Translations under genes and position numbers: made by a program
From: Phycisphaera mikurensis NBRC 102666
Lineage (GTDB): Bacteria; Planctomycetota; Phycisphaerae; Phycisphaerales; Phycisphaeraceae
Direction: 5' to 3'
DNA: 32,000 bases
Assembly: GCF_000284115.1 (NCBI RefSeq)
Contig: NC_017080.1
Span: 1,770,001-1,802,000, forward strand
The notes under the pieces: model-generated
Told to the model about the DNA's origin: nothing
The model's database searches: none
What the model saw: the letters and a program-made list of their open reading frames with translations, nothing else
Shown here: piece after piece, positions 1-8,212 of the stretch
Position numbering within the stretch: position 1 is the first letter of the stretch
Layout: every line of letters starts with the position of its first letter

Positions 1-736
1 CGCCGTCGCGGCCGGTGGCGCCCCGCAGCGGGAGGCCGGTGGCGGGGTCGAACCACACGTCCAGCGGGTCGGCCGGCCGGCCGTCCTCGCGTGCTTCGCG
101 GGGGAACAGCCGCAGGTGGACCGGCGGGTCGGCGGCCGGGTCGGCTCCGGGCAGGGCGGGCGGCAGCGACTCGGCGGGGGCGTCGGCGTCGTCGACGAGC
201 TCGACCCGGTAGAGCCGCTGCAGCTCCGCGGCGTCGACCCGCAGCGGGATCGGGAGCGTCCGCGTCAGGTCCTCGCCGCCGCCGACCTCCCGCAGACGCA
301 CGCGGCGCAGGCCGCGGTCGACGTCGAGCAGCCGCTGCCCGTCCCAGATCAGCGAGCGGTCCAGCTCACGCAGCGTGCCGTCGACGGCCTCGCCGTCGAG
401 ATCGATGCGGAAGCGGTCGACCGCCACGCCGCCCGCGGGATCGCTCGCCTGCCGGAGCCGGCCGAAGCGGACCTGCGCGTCGCCGAGGAGGCCCTGGACG
501 GTGGTGTAGCGCAGCCGCGCGTCGAGGCCGCCGCGGCCGCGAGCCGCCGCCTCGAGGCGGTGGAGCCAGCCGGCGGCGGAGGCTTCTGCGTCGGCGGCGG
601 CCTCCGCCGCCGCGGGCGGGCCGTCCGCCGCGGGCGAGGCGGCGGCCGCGTTGGGCAGGACCGCCGCGGCGAGGACCGCCCACGCCAGGGCACGCCGGCT
701 CACCGCCTCGGGTCCGGGATCTCCGCGTCGAGCCAT
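1..736 (-). CDS. Outer-membrane lipoprotein carrier/sorting (LolA-like) family exported protein, C-terminus truncated by the window edge
   Basis: Not in the supplied ORF track because it runs off the left edge. Manual reverse-strand translation from ATG at 736 gives an open frame: MARRGDPGPEAVSRRALAWAVLAAAVLPNAAAASPAA...GWLHRLEAAARGRGGLDARLRYTTVQGLLGDAQVRFGRL...VAVDRFRIDLDGEAVDGTLRELDRSLIWDGQRLLDVDRGLRRVRLREV..., with an N-terminal hydrophobic signal and a LolA-like domain pattern. The start could also be GTG at 703. Confidence 0.62.
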   Translation of the reverse strand, partial: MARRGDPGPEAVSRRALAWAVLAAAVLPNAAAASPAADGPPAAAEAAADAEASAAGWLHRLEAAARGRGGLDARLRYTTVQGLLGDAQVRFGRLRQASDPAGGVAVDRFRIDLDGEAVDGTLRELDRSLIWDGQRLLDVDRGLRRVRLREVGGGEDLTRTLPIPLRVDAAELQRLYRVELVDDADAPAESLPPALPGADPAADPPVHLRLFPREAREDGRPADPLDVWFDPATGLPLRGATGRDG

Positions 737-1105
737 GACCCCGCTACGGCCGCGGAGTTCGCGGAGTTCGCCGGTGCCGGAGCCGCCCGCCGCAGCGGCC
801 CGCCGTCGGCACCGGCCGGCTGGCGGCTGAGGTTCTGCCCCACCGGCAGGAGCAACGGGAGCATGAAGACGGCCACCTTCACCCGGAATCCGCTGGGGCG
901 GCGCAGCCGCAGCGGGGCGGGAAGCAAGAGCAGGCGGCGGCCGGTCATCGACGCAGCGTAACCGGCTGAACCGCTTTCATCCTCACGACCCGGCCACGCC
1001 GGCCCGCCGGCTCCCGGAGCGGAAGGGTCCGGCCGCGGTGCGCTCGCCCTACGCTCGCGGCCGCACCCGCCGTCGGAGCCCCGGCGATCCGCCCCGCGCG
1101 ACCCC

Positions 1106-2359
1106 GTGCCGACGAGTCCTCCCCCGATCCAGCGCGTGCGGTGGCGTCCGTGCCCGGCGGTGGTCGCCGCGTGGCTGCTCGTCCTGCTCACGCTGGCGCT
1201 GCCCGGCGGGTCGGTCCTCGCCCAGCCCGCGACCCCGCTGCAGGTCTACCGCAGCGCCCACTACCGCGTCTTCACCGACCTCTCCCGCGCCGAGGCGGAG
1301 GGCTACGGCCGGCACATGGATCTGGTCCACCGCTCGTACGAGCGGTTCCTGCGCCGGCTCCGTGGCGACGCAGGGGCCCCGCAGGCCCTCTATCTGCTGA
1401 AGGATCGGGCCTCGTACCTCCGCACGCTCGCCTTCTTCGGCATCGACGGCTCGGCCTCGGGCGGGATGTTCTTCTACGGACCCCGCGGCTCGGGCCTGGC
1501 GACCTGGGTGGGCGACCGGCCGCGGGGCGAGGTGCTGCGGACGCTGCAGCACGAGGGCTTCCACCAGTTTGCGCGGCTGAAGGCGGGCGACGGGCTGCCG
1601 ATCTGGGTCAACGAGGGCCTGGCCGAGTACTTCGGGGACGCGGTCCTGGTCGAGGGCGGGGTGCGGCACGGCATCGTCGATGCCGACCGCCTGCAGCGGC
1701 TCCGCACCGCCCGCGACGCGGGCGCCACGCTGCCGCTGGCGGTCCTGTTGGGCCTGGATCCGGAGCGTTGGCGCCTGAATCTGACCAGCGGCTCGCCCCG
1801 CGGCCCGCTGCAGTACGACCAGGCCTGGTCGGCCGTGCAGTTCCTCATCCACGGCGATCCGCGGGTGGAGGAGGCGTTCTCCGACTACCTCGTCGCCCTC
1901 AGCGAGGGCGTCCCGCACGAGGAGGCGTTTCCCTCGGCGTTCGGCTCGGACCCCAGGCCGATGCAGGCGGCGTACCTGCGCTACCTCGCGGCGTTGCGGC
2001 CGGATCCGTTCGGGGAGGCGCTCGCCGACCTGCGCTTCCTTGCGGAGGGGGTCCGCTTCCTGCGCGACCGCGACGGCCGGGTGCCGGGGGACATGGGCGG
2101 CTTGGAGGCGGCGCTGCGGGCCTCACGCTTCCGCGTGACCACCCGCTCGCACGGGGCCGAGCGGGCGGTCTCGGCCCTGGACCCGGGCAACTACCGCTAC
2201 CTGGGCGAGGACGGGCGGACGCACCGCTTCGTGCTCGGGCCGGCGGCCGCGCCCGGGCGGCCGCCGGAGATCCGGGCGGACGCGCTGCGGCCGCCGGCCC
2301 GCATCGAGTGGGTCCCCGACGGCCGCGGCGGGCTGGTGCCCGAGCTCGCCTTCGAGTGA
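1106..2359 (+). CDS. Exported DUF1570-like putative metallopeptidase (gluzincin-type HExxH)
   Basis: 417 aa ORF with signal peptide-like N-terminus, LQHEGFHQFA (HExxH) and LPIWVNEGLAEYFGD motifs typical of DUF1570 proteins. Confidence 0.8.
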   Translation: MPTSPPPIQRVRWRPCPAVVAAWLLVLLTLALPGGSVLAQPATPLQVYRSAHYRVFTDLSRAEAEGYGRHMDLVHRSYERFLRRLRGDAGAPQALYLLKDRASYLRTLAFFGIDGSASGGMFFYGPRGSGLATWVGDRPRGEVLRTLQHEGFHQFARLKAGDGLPIWVNEGLAEYFGDAVLVEGGVRHGIVDADRLQRLRTARDAGATLPLAVLLGLDPERWRLNLTSGSPRGPLQYDQAWSAVQFLIHGDPRVEEAFSDYLVALSEGVPHEEAFPSAFGSDPRPMQAAYLRYLAALRPDPFGEALADLRFLAEGVRFLRDRDGRVPGDMGGLEAALRASRFRVTTRSHGAERAVSALDPGNYRYLGEDGRTHRFVLGPAAAPGRPPEIRADALRPPARIEWVPDGRGGLVPELAFE

Positions 2360-2362
2360 GCG

Positions 2363-2408
2363 CCGCGGACCGTCGGCCTCCGGGCCGGATCCCGGCCACG
2401 GTCCGCGG
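2363..2408. repeat. 46-nt inverted-repeat element, copy A (CCGCGGACCG-N26-CGGTCCGCGG)
   Basis: Perfect 10-bp arms read directly: CCGCGGACCG TCGGCCTCCGGGCCGGATCCCGGCCA CGGTCCGCGG. Same architecture and length as copies at 15578, 24584 and 28012. Confidence 0.85.
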
Positions 2409-2429
2409 ATCTTCTGCCATGCTCACGCC

Positions 2430-3248
2430 ATGAGCCCCGCGCAACCCACCGCCCCCCGGCTTGCCGTCGTCGGCGCCGGCAACATGGCCGAGGCGATCCT
2501 CCGCGGCGCTTTCGCGGCCGGCGTGCTCGGGCCCGACGAGGTCGTCGCTGCCGACTTCAGCCCCGCGCGGCGGGGCGTGATGGCCGGCCTGGGCGTCGCC
2601 GCCGTGGAGGACGCCGCCTCGGCCATCGGTGGCGCGGAGGCCGTGCTGCTCGCGGTGAAGCCGCAGGCGCTCGGTTCGCTCGGTGCGCTCGGCCGGATCG
2701 ACCGCGACGCGCAGGTCGTGGTCTCGATCATGGCCGGCGTCCGCTGCGACCGCATCGCCCACGCCTGCGGCGGGCCGACCCGCGTCGTCCGCGTGATGCC
2801 CAACACGCCGCTGCTGGTCGGCCGCGGCGCCTCCGCCATCGCCAGCGGGCCCGACGCCCGCGACGGCGACGACGCTCTCGCGCTGGAGCTCTTCGGGGCC
2901 GCCGGCGTCGCCGTCCGCGTGAGCGAGGCGGAGCTCGACGCGGTCACCGCCGTCTCGGGCTCCGGCCCCGCGTACCTCTTCCACCTCGCCGAGGCGATGC
3001 AGGCCGCCGCCGTGGGGCTCGGCCTCGCCCCCGAGCTGGCCGATACCCTGGTCCGCCAGACGCTGCTCGGCTCCGCGGCGCTGCTCGCCGCGTCCGACGC
3101 GGATGCACCCCAGCTCCGCGCCCGCGTGACCAGCCCCGGCGGCACCACGCAAGCCGCCACCGAGGTTCTCGAGAACCGTGGCGTGCAGGATTCCATCCGC
3201 GCCGCGATCGCCGCGGCCGCCGCCCGCTCCGCCGAGCTCGCCGGCTGA
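2430..3248 (+). CDS. proC: Pyrroline-5-carboxylate reductase
   Basis: 272 aa; N-terminal Rossmann LAVVGAGNMAEAILRG, VVSIMAGV, RVMPNTPLLVGRGASAI, and C-terminal AVTAVSGSGPAYLFHLAEAM...VTSPGGTTQAA signature. Confidence 0.95.
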   Translation: MSPAQPTAPRLAVVGAGNMAEAILRGAFAAGVLGPDEVVAADFSPARRGVMAGLGVAAVEDAASAIGGAEAVLLAVKPQALGSLGALGRIDRDAQVVVSIMAGVRCDRIAHACGGPTRVVRVMPNTPLLVGRGASAIASGPDARDGDDALALELFGAAGVAVRVSEAELDAVTAVSGSGPAYLFHLAEAMQAAAVGLGLAPELADTLVRQTLLGSAALLAASDADAPQLRARVTSPGGTTQAATEVLENRGVQDSIRAAIAAAAARSAELAG

Positions 3249-3307
3249 ACGCCGGCCCACCGCCTTTTCCGGGTCCCGCTCCGCCGCCCTCCTCCCTCGG
3301 AAACGCC

Positions 3308-3784
3308 ATGCTCGATGCCACCCTCCAGAAGCTCCAGCCCAAGCTGTTGCCCCTCGCCCTCTTGTTCTGCCGGCTCACGCTGGGCGGGATGTTCGCCCTC
3401 TCGGGCTTCGGCAAGGTGATGGGCGAGCTGCGCAACGGCCTGGGCACCTTCCGCGGCGGGTACTACGCCAAGCTCCAGCCGTCCTTCCTGCCGGACTTCA
3501 TCGCGACGCCCTACGGCTACGCGCTGCCCTGGGGCGAGCTGATCTTCGGCGTGCTGCTGCTCATCGGGCTCTTCTCGCGCCTGAGCGCCGCGGCGGTGCT
3601 GCTCATGCTCGGCTCCATCCTCACCGCCCAGGTGGTCGCCTTCGGCCCCAGCGCGGTGGACGGCCAAGGCCCGCCCTTCAACCCCAACTACGTGCTGCTC
3701 TCGGTCGCGTTCCTGCTGCTGGTCACCGGGCCCGGGAAGCTCTCGGTCGACGGCTTGATCTCCAAGAAGAAGACGGCGAGGTGA
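3308..3784 (+). CDS. DoxX family membrane protein
   Basis: 158 aa, four hydrophobic segments, LTLGGMFALSGFGKVMG N-terminus and FNPNYVLLSVAFLLLVTGPGKLSVD C-terminal motif typical of DoxX. Confidence 0.82.
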   Translation: MLDATLQKLQPKLLPLALLFCRLTLGGMFALSGFGKVMGELRNGLGTFRGGYYAKLQPSFLPDFIATPYGYALPWGELIFGVLLLIGLFSRLSAAAVLLMLGSILTAQVVAFGPSAVDGQGPPFNPNYVLLSVAFLLLVTGPGKLSVDGLISKKKTAR

Positions 3785-5550
3785 GCTTCCCAAGCCTCCG
3801 CGCCTTCGTCGAGGGCCTCGAAGCCGCGGGCGAGCTCAAGCGGATCGCCGCGCCGGTGTCCTGCCTGCTCGAGGCGACCGAGATCGCCGACCGCGTGAGC
3901 AAGTCGCCGGCGGCCCGGGTCTCCGCGCACGCGCCCGCCTTCGACCCGCTGCACCACGACGCCGGCGGGCACGCGCTGCTGTTCGAGGACGTGCGGCTGC
4001 CGGAGGGCTCGGGCGCGGCCTGCCCGCTGCTGATGAACGCCTTCGGCAGCTACACGCGCATCGAGATGGCCCTGGGCTGCGACGGCGAGGCCGGGGGGCT
4101 GGAGGCGCTGGCCGATCGCGTCGCCTCGCTCGTCAAGCCCGAGCCGCCGGCGACGCTGATGGACAAGGTCAAGAAAGGCCTGGAGCTCGCGCGGGTCGCG
4201 GGGCTGCCGCCGAAGGTCGTCAAGAGCGGGCCGTGCCAGGAGGTCGTCCAGACCGCGGACCAGATCGACCTGCTCTCGCTGCCGGTGATCAAGTGCTGGC
4301 CCGACGACGGCGACCCGCGGGCCTGCGGCTTCCACCTGAGCCCCGAGCAGGCGGGCACCGCGGCCGGCCGGGGCCGCTACATCACCCTCGCCGGCGTCTA
4401 CACGATCCACCCCGACGACGCCGGCAAGCCCGCCGGGGACCCCCGGCCCTCGCGGAACGTCGGCATGTACCGGGCCCAGCTGATCGACCGCAACAAGACG
4501 GCGATGCACTGGCACCTGCACCACGACGGCGCTGCGCACTGGCGGGCGTGGAAGGCGCACGACGACGCGGCGCGAGCCCGCGGGGAGCGCCCGCCCGGCA
4601 TGCCCTGCGCCATCGTGCTCGGCGGCGAGAGCGTGCTTCCCTACGCGGCCACCGCGCCCATGCCGCCGGGCATCAGCGAGCTGATCCTCGCGGGCTTCCT
4701 GCAGGGTTCGGCCGTCCGGCTGGTCCGCGCGAAGACGATCGACGTCGACGTGCCCGCCGAGGCGGAGATCGTCATCGAGGGCCACGTCGCCACCGACGCC
4801 GGCGGCCCCGGCATCGACGCCGAGGGCCTCGCCCGCGCCCTCCGCCACGACGGCGGCGAGCCGGGCGCCGAGGTCGCCGGGCTGCTGAGGGGCAGCGTGC
4901 TGGAGGGCCCCTTCGGCGACCACACCGGCTTCTACTCCCTGCCGGACCGCTACCCGGTCTTCACCGCCTCGGCCCTCACGCACCGCCGCGACCCGCTCTA
5001 CCCCGCCACGATCGTCGGGCTCCCGCCGCAGGAGGACTACTTCCTGGGCAAGGCGACCGAGCGGATCTTCCTGCCGCTGCTCAGGACGCTCGTCCCCGAC
5101 GTCCTCGACTACGACCTGCCGCGTTTCGGCTGCTTCCACAACGCCGTCTTCGTCAAGATCAAGAAGAGCTACCCCCTGCAGGCCCGCCGCGTGATGCACG
5201 CGATCTGGGGGGCGGGCCAGATGGCCTGGACGAAGCTGATCGTCGTGGTCGACCACGACGTCGACGTGCACGACCACGAGGCCGTGCTCTTCCACGCCGC
5301 CGCCAACGCCGACCCCGGCCGCGACCTGGAGCTGGTCCACGGCCCGCTGGACATCCTCGACCACGCCGCCCCGCGGCTGGGCGGCGGCACCAAACTCGGC
5401 ATCGACGCGACGCCCAAGTGGCCCGGCGAGGAGGTCAACGGGGCCGCCGTCCGCGCCTGGCCAAACCGCCTGGCGATGGACGCCGGCGTGCGGGCCCGCG
5501 TCGACGCGCGCTGGAGCGAGCTCTTCCCCGCGGCCTCCCGGGGCACCTAG
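3781..5550 (+). CDS. UbiD family (prenylated-FMN-dependent) decarboxylase
   Basis: GTG start overlapping the DoxX stop (GTGA); VSFPSLRAFVEGLEAAGELKRIAAPVS...LLMNAFGSYTRIEMALG...LPVIKCWPDDGDPRACGFHLSPEQAGTAAGRGRYITLAGVY...NVGMYRAQLIDRNKTAMHWHLHHDGAAHWRAW...GHTGFYSLPD are UbiD-family features. The ORF track lists a longer in-frame version from 3178. Confidence 0.93.
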   Translation: MSFPSLRAFVEGLEAAGELKRIAAPVSCLLEATEIADRVSKSPAARVSAHAPAFDPLHHDAGGHALLFEDVRLPEGSGAACPLLMNAFGSYTRIEMALGCDGEAGGLEALADRVASLVKPEPPATLMDKVKKGLELARVAGLPPKVVKSGPCQEVVQTADQIDLLSLPVIKCWPDDGDPRACGFHLSPEQAGTAAGRGRYITLAGVYTIHPDDAGKPAGDPRPSRNVGMYRAQLIDRNKTAMHWHLHHDGAAHWRAWKAHDDAARARGERPPGMPCAIVLGGESVLPYAATAPMPPGISELILAGFLQGSAVRLVRAKTIDVDVPAEAEIVIEGHVATDAGGPGIDAEGLARALRHDGGEPGAEVAGLLRGSVLEGPFGDHTGFYSLPDRYPVFTASALTHRRDPLYPATIVGLPPQEDYFLGKATERIFLPLLRTLVPDVLDYDLPRFGCFHNAVFVKIKKSYPLQARRVMHAIWGAGQMAWTKLIVVVDHDVDVHDHEAVLFHAAANADPGRDLELVHGPLDILDHAAPRLGGGTKLGIDATPKWPGEEVNGAAVRAWPNRLAMDAGVRARVDARWSELFPAASRGT

Positions 5551-5804
5551 GGCTCCGGGTGGACGGGCACCGCTTCGTGCCGCATCAGCCGGTGCAGCCG
5601 GACGCCCACCTCCAGCACCGCCGCCGGCAGGAAGCCCACGAACACCACCGCCGCCGCGAGCAGCATCTGCAGCGGACGGTTCGCCAGGGCCGGCCCCAGC
5701 CAGACCGCGATGCCGAGCCCGGCGGCGAGGCCCAGGGAGGCGCCGGCGAGAAAGCAGCGGGCCCACCGCAGCCAGGCCGGAAGCGAGGCTTCGTCGTTGC
5801 GCAT
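5547..5804 (-). CDS. Small membrane protein, hypothetical
   Basis: ORF track 5547..5870; the more likely ATG is at 5804 (MRNDEASLPAWLRWARCFLAGASLGLAAGLGIAVWLGPALANRPLQMLLAAAVVFVGFLPAAVLEVGVRL), with two predicted TM segments. Its 3' end overlaps ubiD's end by 4 nt. Confidence 0.6.
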   Translation of the reverse strand: MRNDEASLPAWLRWARCFLAGASLGLAAGLGIAVWLGPALANRPLQMLLAAAVVFVGFLPAAVLEVGVRLHRLMRHEAVPVHPEP

Positions 5805-5941
5805 GCCCGAGGGTAGAGAGGTGGGGGCGGTCCTGAAAATGGGTGTTTTGCCTCCCTCCCCCCTTGTCAACGCGGGACGGATCGGCCAGACTCTCGCCTG
5901 CGGCCGCCCGTGGGGCGCCGATGCCGATCCGGAGAGAGACC

Positions 5942-6679
5942 ATGCCGAGCGCAGCCCGCACCCGCACCCGCTTCCTCGCCTTCGCCTTCGCTCTCGCCGC
6001 GACCACCGCCGGCCCGGCCGCGGCGGTGCCGGTGTCCCTCACGCTCGCTCCGGCGGCCGACGGCCAGAACCGCGTCGGCTTCGTCGGCACGACGTCCTCG
6101 CCGCTGGGTCCGCTCAGCCTGCCCGGATCGAGCGACCTCTCCGGCACGATCGACCTGGACGTCGGCTTCACCGGCTCCGCGGTCACCAGCGTCCGCTTGC
6201 TCGACACCACCGACGTCGGCCTCAGCGACGTCACGCTTTCCGCCCTCGGTCTGACCGTGCTGGAGACCACCGGCGTCCGCGGCACGATCACCAGCGGCGA
6301 GATCCCGCTCAACCAGACCGGGAACTTCGACCTCGGCGGCGCGACGCTGTCGCTGGACGAGGGCTTCGTCGACGCGATCGGGGACGACCCGGGCAACAAC
6401 GACCTCGCTGGCAACCCGCTGGTGCTCACGCTCGCCTCCGGCGACTTCCTCAACCTCGCCGCCGTCGACGCCGGCGGCGGCCTCTTCGTCTTCACGCTCT
6501 CGGGGCCGGTGAGCTTCGCGGGCCGCGTCGACGACGACCCGGTCATCGACGTGACGGTGGCGGGAAACCTCCTGGCGACCGGCTCCGCCGTCGTGCCCGA
6601 GCCCGGCACGCTCGCCCTCGTCGCCAGCGGCTGCCTGCTGGTCATGCCGCGGAAGTGGTCGCGTCGCCGCACCGGCTAG
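5942..6679 (+). CDS. PEP-CTERM sorting domain exported protein
   Basis: MPSAARTRTRFLAFAFALAATTAGPAAAVPVSLTL signal peptide and C-terminal VVPEPGTLALVASGCLLVMPRKWSRRRTG (PEP motif, hydrophobic stretch, basic tail). The ORF track opens at 5843. Confidence 0.85.
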   Translation: MPSAARTRTRFLAFAFALAATTAGPAAAVPVSLTLAPAADGQNRVGFVGTTSSPLGPLSLPGSSDLSGTIDLDVGFTGSAVTSVRLLDTTDVGLSDVTLSALGLTVLETTGVRGTITSGEIPLNQTGNFDLGGATLSLDEGFVDAIGDDPGNNDLAGNPLVLTLASGDFLNLAAVDAGGGLFVFTLSGPVSFAGRVDDDPVIDVTVAGNLLATGSAVVPEPGTLALVASGCLLVMPRKWSRRRTG

Positions 6680-6687
6680 CGCACCGC

Positions 6688-6823
6688 GCGCAATTTTCCG
6701 ATCGCCTCTGCGGGCGAGTCGTGCCCCTCGCTTCGTCGGCTGCATCGCCCTGCAGGGGCAGGGCTGCTTCGCCTCCTCACGAGGAACACGACTCGCGGAC
6801 GCAGGCCGATCGGATAATTGCGC
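6688..6823. repeat. Long imperfect palindrome (136 bp)
   Basis: Left GCGCAATTTTCCGATCG...CGAGTCGTGCCCCTC pairs with right GAGGAACACGACTCG...CGATCGGATAATTGCGC. Inner GCCCTGC/GCAGGGC (6747-6753 / 6758-6764) shares the same centre. Confidence 0.75.
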
Positions 6824-6835
6824 ACGATGCTCTAA

Positions 6836-6988
6836 GAGGCTGTTTCAGATCCTGCTGGGCTTCGCCACCCGTGGCCGCCCGCTGCCCGCGTCGGGCTCCG
6901 AACGGGGGGACCGCCCCCCGCTCTCACCCTCCTTGGCAGCGAACAGCCACGGGCGACTCGGGCGTGCAGCCGGTTCTGAAACAGCCTC
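6836..6988. mobile_element. MITE-like element with 14-bp terminal inverted repeats and putative TAA target duplication
   Basis: Left terminus GAGGCTGTTTCAGA (6836-6849), right terminus TCTGAAACAGCCTC (6975-6988), flanked by TAA (6833-6835) and TAA (6989-6991). No ORF of a transposase inside. Confidence 0.55.
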
Positions 6989-6999
6989 TAAGCGCTGCC

Positions 7000-8187
7000 T
7001 CATCCCGGGACGCACCGCGCCGCGGCGATGGCGCTGTCGGCGGTTCCGTAGTACAGCCACCAGGCCTCGCGGAACCAGGCGAGGCCCTCGATGAAGCACA
7101 CGCCGTCCACCTGGCCGGTCCGCTCGTAGGGCCGGTCGGGCACGAACATCGGCTCGGCGAGCCGGCGGATCGGCTCGGTGGGCTGGTCCGGGTCGAAGAG
7201 CAGCTGGCCGGGGCAGTAGCGGCGGGCGCCCTCCACCGTTCCGGGCTGGCTGCGGCCTTCGGTCGCGGCCACGCCGTTGTAGAGCAGGCGGATGCCGTCG
7301 GCCGCCCACAGCGCCGGCGGCCCGGGCTCGATCAGCCACGCGTCGAAGCGGCCGGCCCGCACGCCGGCCACCGGCCGCGGCACCGCCACCCCCGGCGTGA
7401 TGAGGTTGCCGACGCCGGGCACGAAGGTGCGGTCGGCGTGGTCCACGTGCTCCACCACCTCCCAGCGGATCAGGTCGTCGCTGGTGGCGCAGAAGATCTG
7501 CGACTCGCCGAAGTACATCCAGTACCGCCCGTGGACGCGTCGGGCCACCATCCGCCCGTCCGCCGTCGCGCGGCACACGATCGACCCGCTCTTGCTCCAC
7601 AGATCCGCGTAGCGGCCGTCCTGGAGCACGAACGCCGGGCCGTGGTTCGTCCATTCCAGCAGGTCCTGCGAGGTCGCCACGCACAGCCGGGCCCGCTCCC
7701 CGTCGTAGGCGGTGAAGGTCATGACCAGGCGGCCGGCGTCGTCCTCCACCACGCGGGGGTCTTCGCACCCGCCGGGCCAGGTGAATCCCTCGCCCGCACG
7801 CGGGAAGAGGACCGGCGCCGCGCGGCGCTCGAAGCGCGTCCCGTCGTCGCTGCCGGCCAGCCCGATCCGCGAGGTGCCGGCGCAGCGGCCCACCGCGTCC
7901 TCGGCCCGGTACAGCAGGTGGAGCCGCCCGCCGCGGACCACCGCCGCCGGGTTGAAGACGTCTTTCTGCTCCCAACGCACCCGGCCCGCGAGCGGGCAAT
8001 CGAAGGCGGCGTCCGGCCGCGGGAGCAGCACCGGATTCGCGTCGTCGAGCTTCTCGAAAGGACCGATCGCCCAGCCGGTTCCAGCGGCGTCGGCGGGCGG
8101 CAGCGGGGCGGGGGCGTCGCTCACGCGGCGACCGTACGCGCCGCCTCGCCACGGTCCCGCCGGATCCGCGGCATCGCGGGGGTTCAC
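7000..8187 (-). CDS. Glycoside hydrolase family 130 protein (beta-mannoside / mannooligosaccharide phosphorylase-like)
   Basis: 395 aa; NPVLLPRPDAAFDCPLAGRVRWEQKDVFNPAAVVRGGRLHLLYRAED...SRIGLAGSDDGTRFERR...CEDPRVVEDDAGRLVMTFTAYDG...SGSIVC...YWMYFGE...WWLYYGTADSAIAAA five-blade propeller pattern of GH130. The start may be GTG at 8124. Confidence 0.88.
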   Translation of the reverse strand: MNPRDAADPAGPWRGGAYGRRVSDAPAPLPPADAAGTGWAIGPFEKLDDANPVLLPRPDAAFDCPLAGRVRWEQKDVFNPAAVVRGGRLHLLYRAEDAVGRCAGTSRIGLAGSDDGTRFERRAAPVLFPRAGEGFTWPGGCEDPRVVEDDAGRLVMTFTAYDGERARLCVATSQDLLEWTNHGPAFVLQDGRYADLWSKSGSIVCRATADGRMVARRVHGRYWMYFGESQIFCATSDDLIRWEVVEHVDHADRTFVPGVGNLITPGVAVPRPVAGVRAGRFDAWLIEPGPPALWAADGIRLLYNGVAATEGRSQPGTVEGARRYCPGQLLFDPDQPTEPIRRLAEPMFVPDRPYERTGQVDGVCFIEGLAWFREAWWLYYGTADSAIAAARCVPG

Positions 8188-8212
8188 CCGGCACCGTTAT
8201 CGTTGACCCTCC

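Noticed and set aside
771-815. Hairpin CCGGTGCCG...CGGCACCGG (45 nt) considered as another copy of the 46-nt element
   Set aside because: Length is close but arm sequence differs (no CCGCGGACCG core); kept out of the family and regarded as an ordinary GC hairpin.
700-948. Short minus-strand ORF (82 aa from ATG 948: MTGRRLLLLPAPLRLRRPSGFRVKVAVFMLPLLLPVGQNLSRQ...)
   Set aside because: Has a hydrophobic start but is very short, with atypical remainder and overlapping the next gene; evidence insufficient to call.
116-961. Plus-strand ORFs 91..738 and 116..961 at the left edge
   Set aside because: The minus strand translates from ATG 736 into an exported LolA-like sequence with natural composition; the + frames are its shadows.
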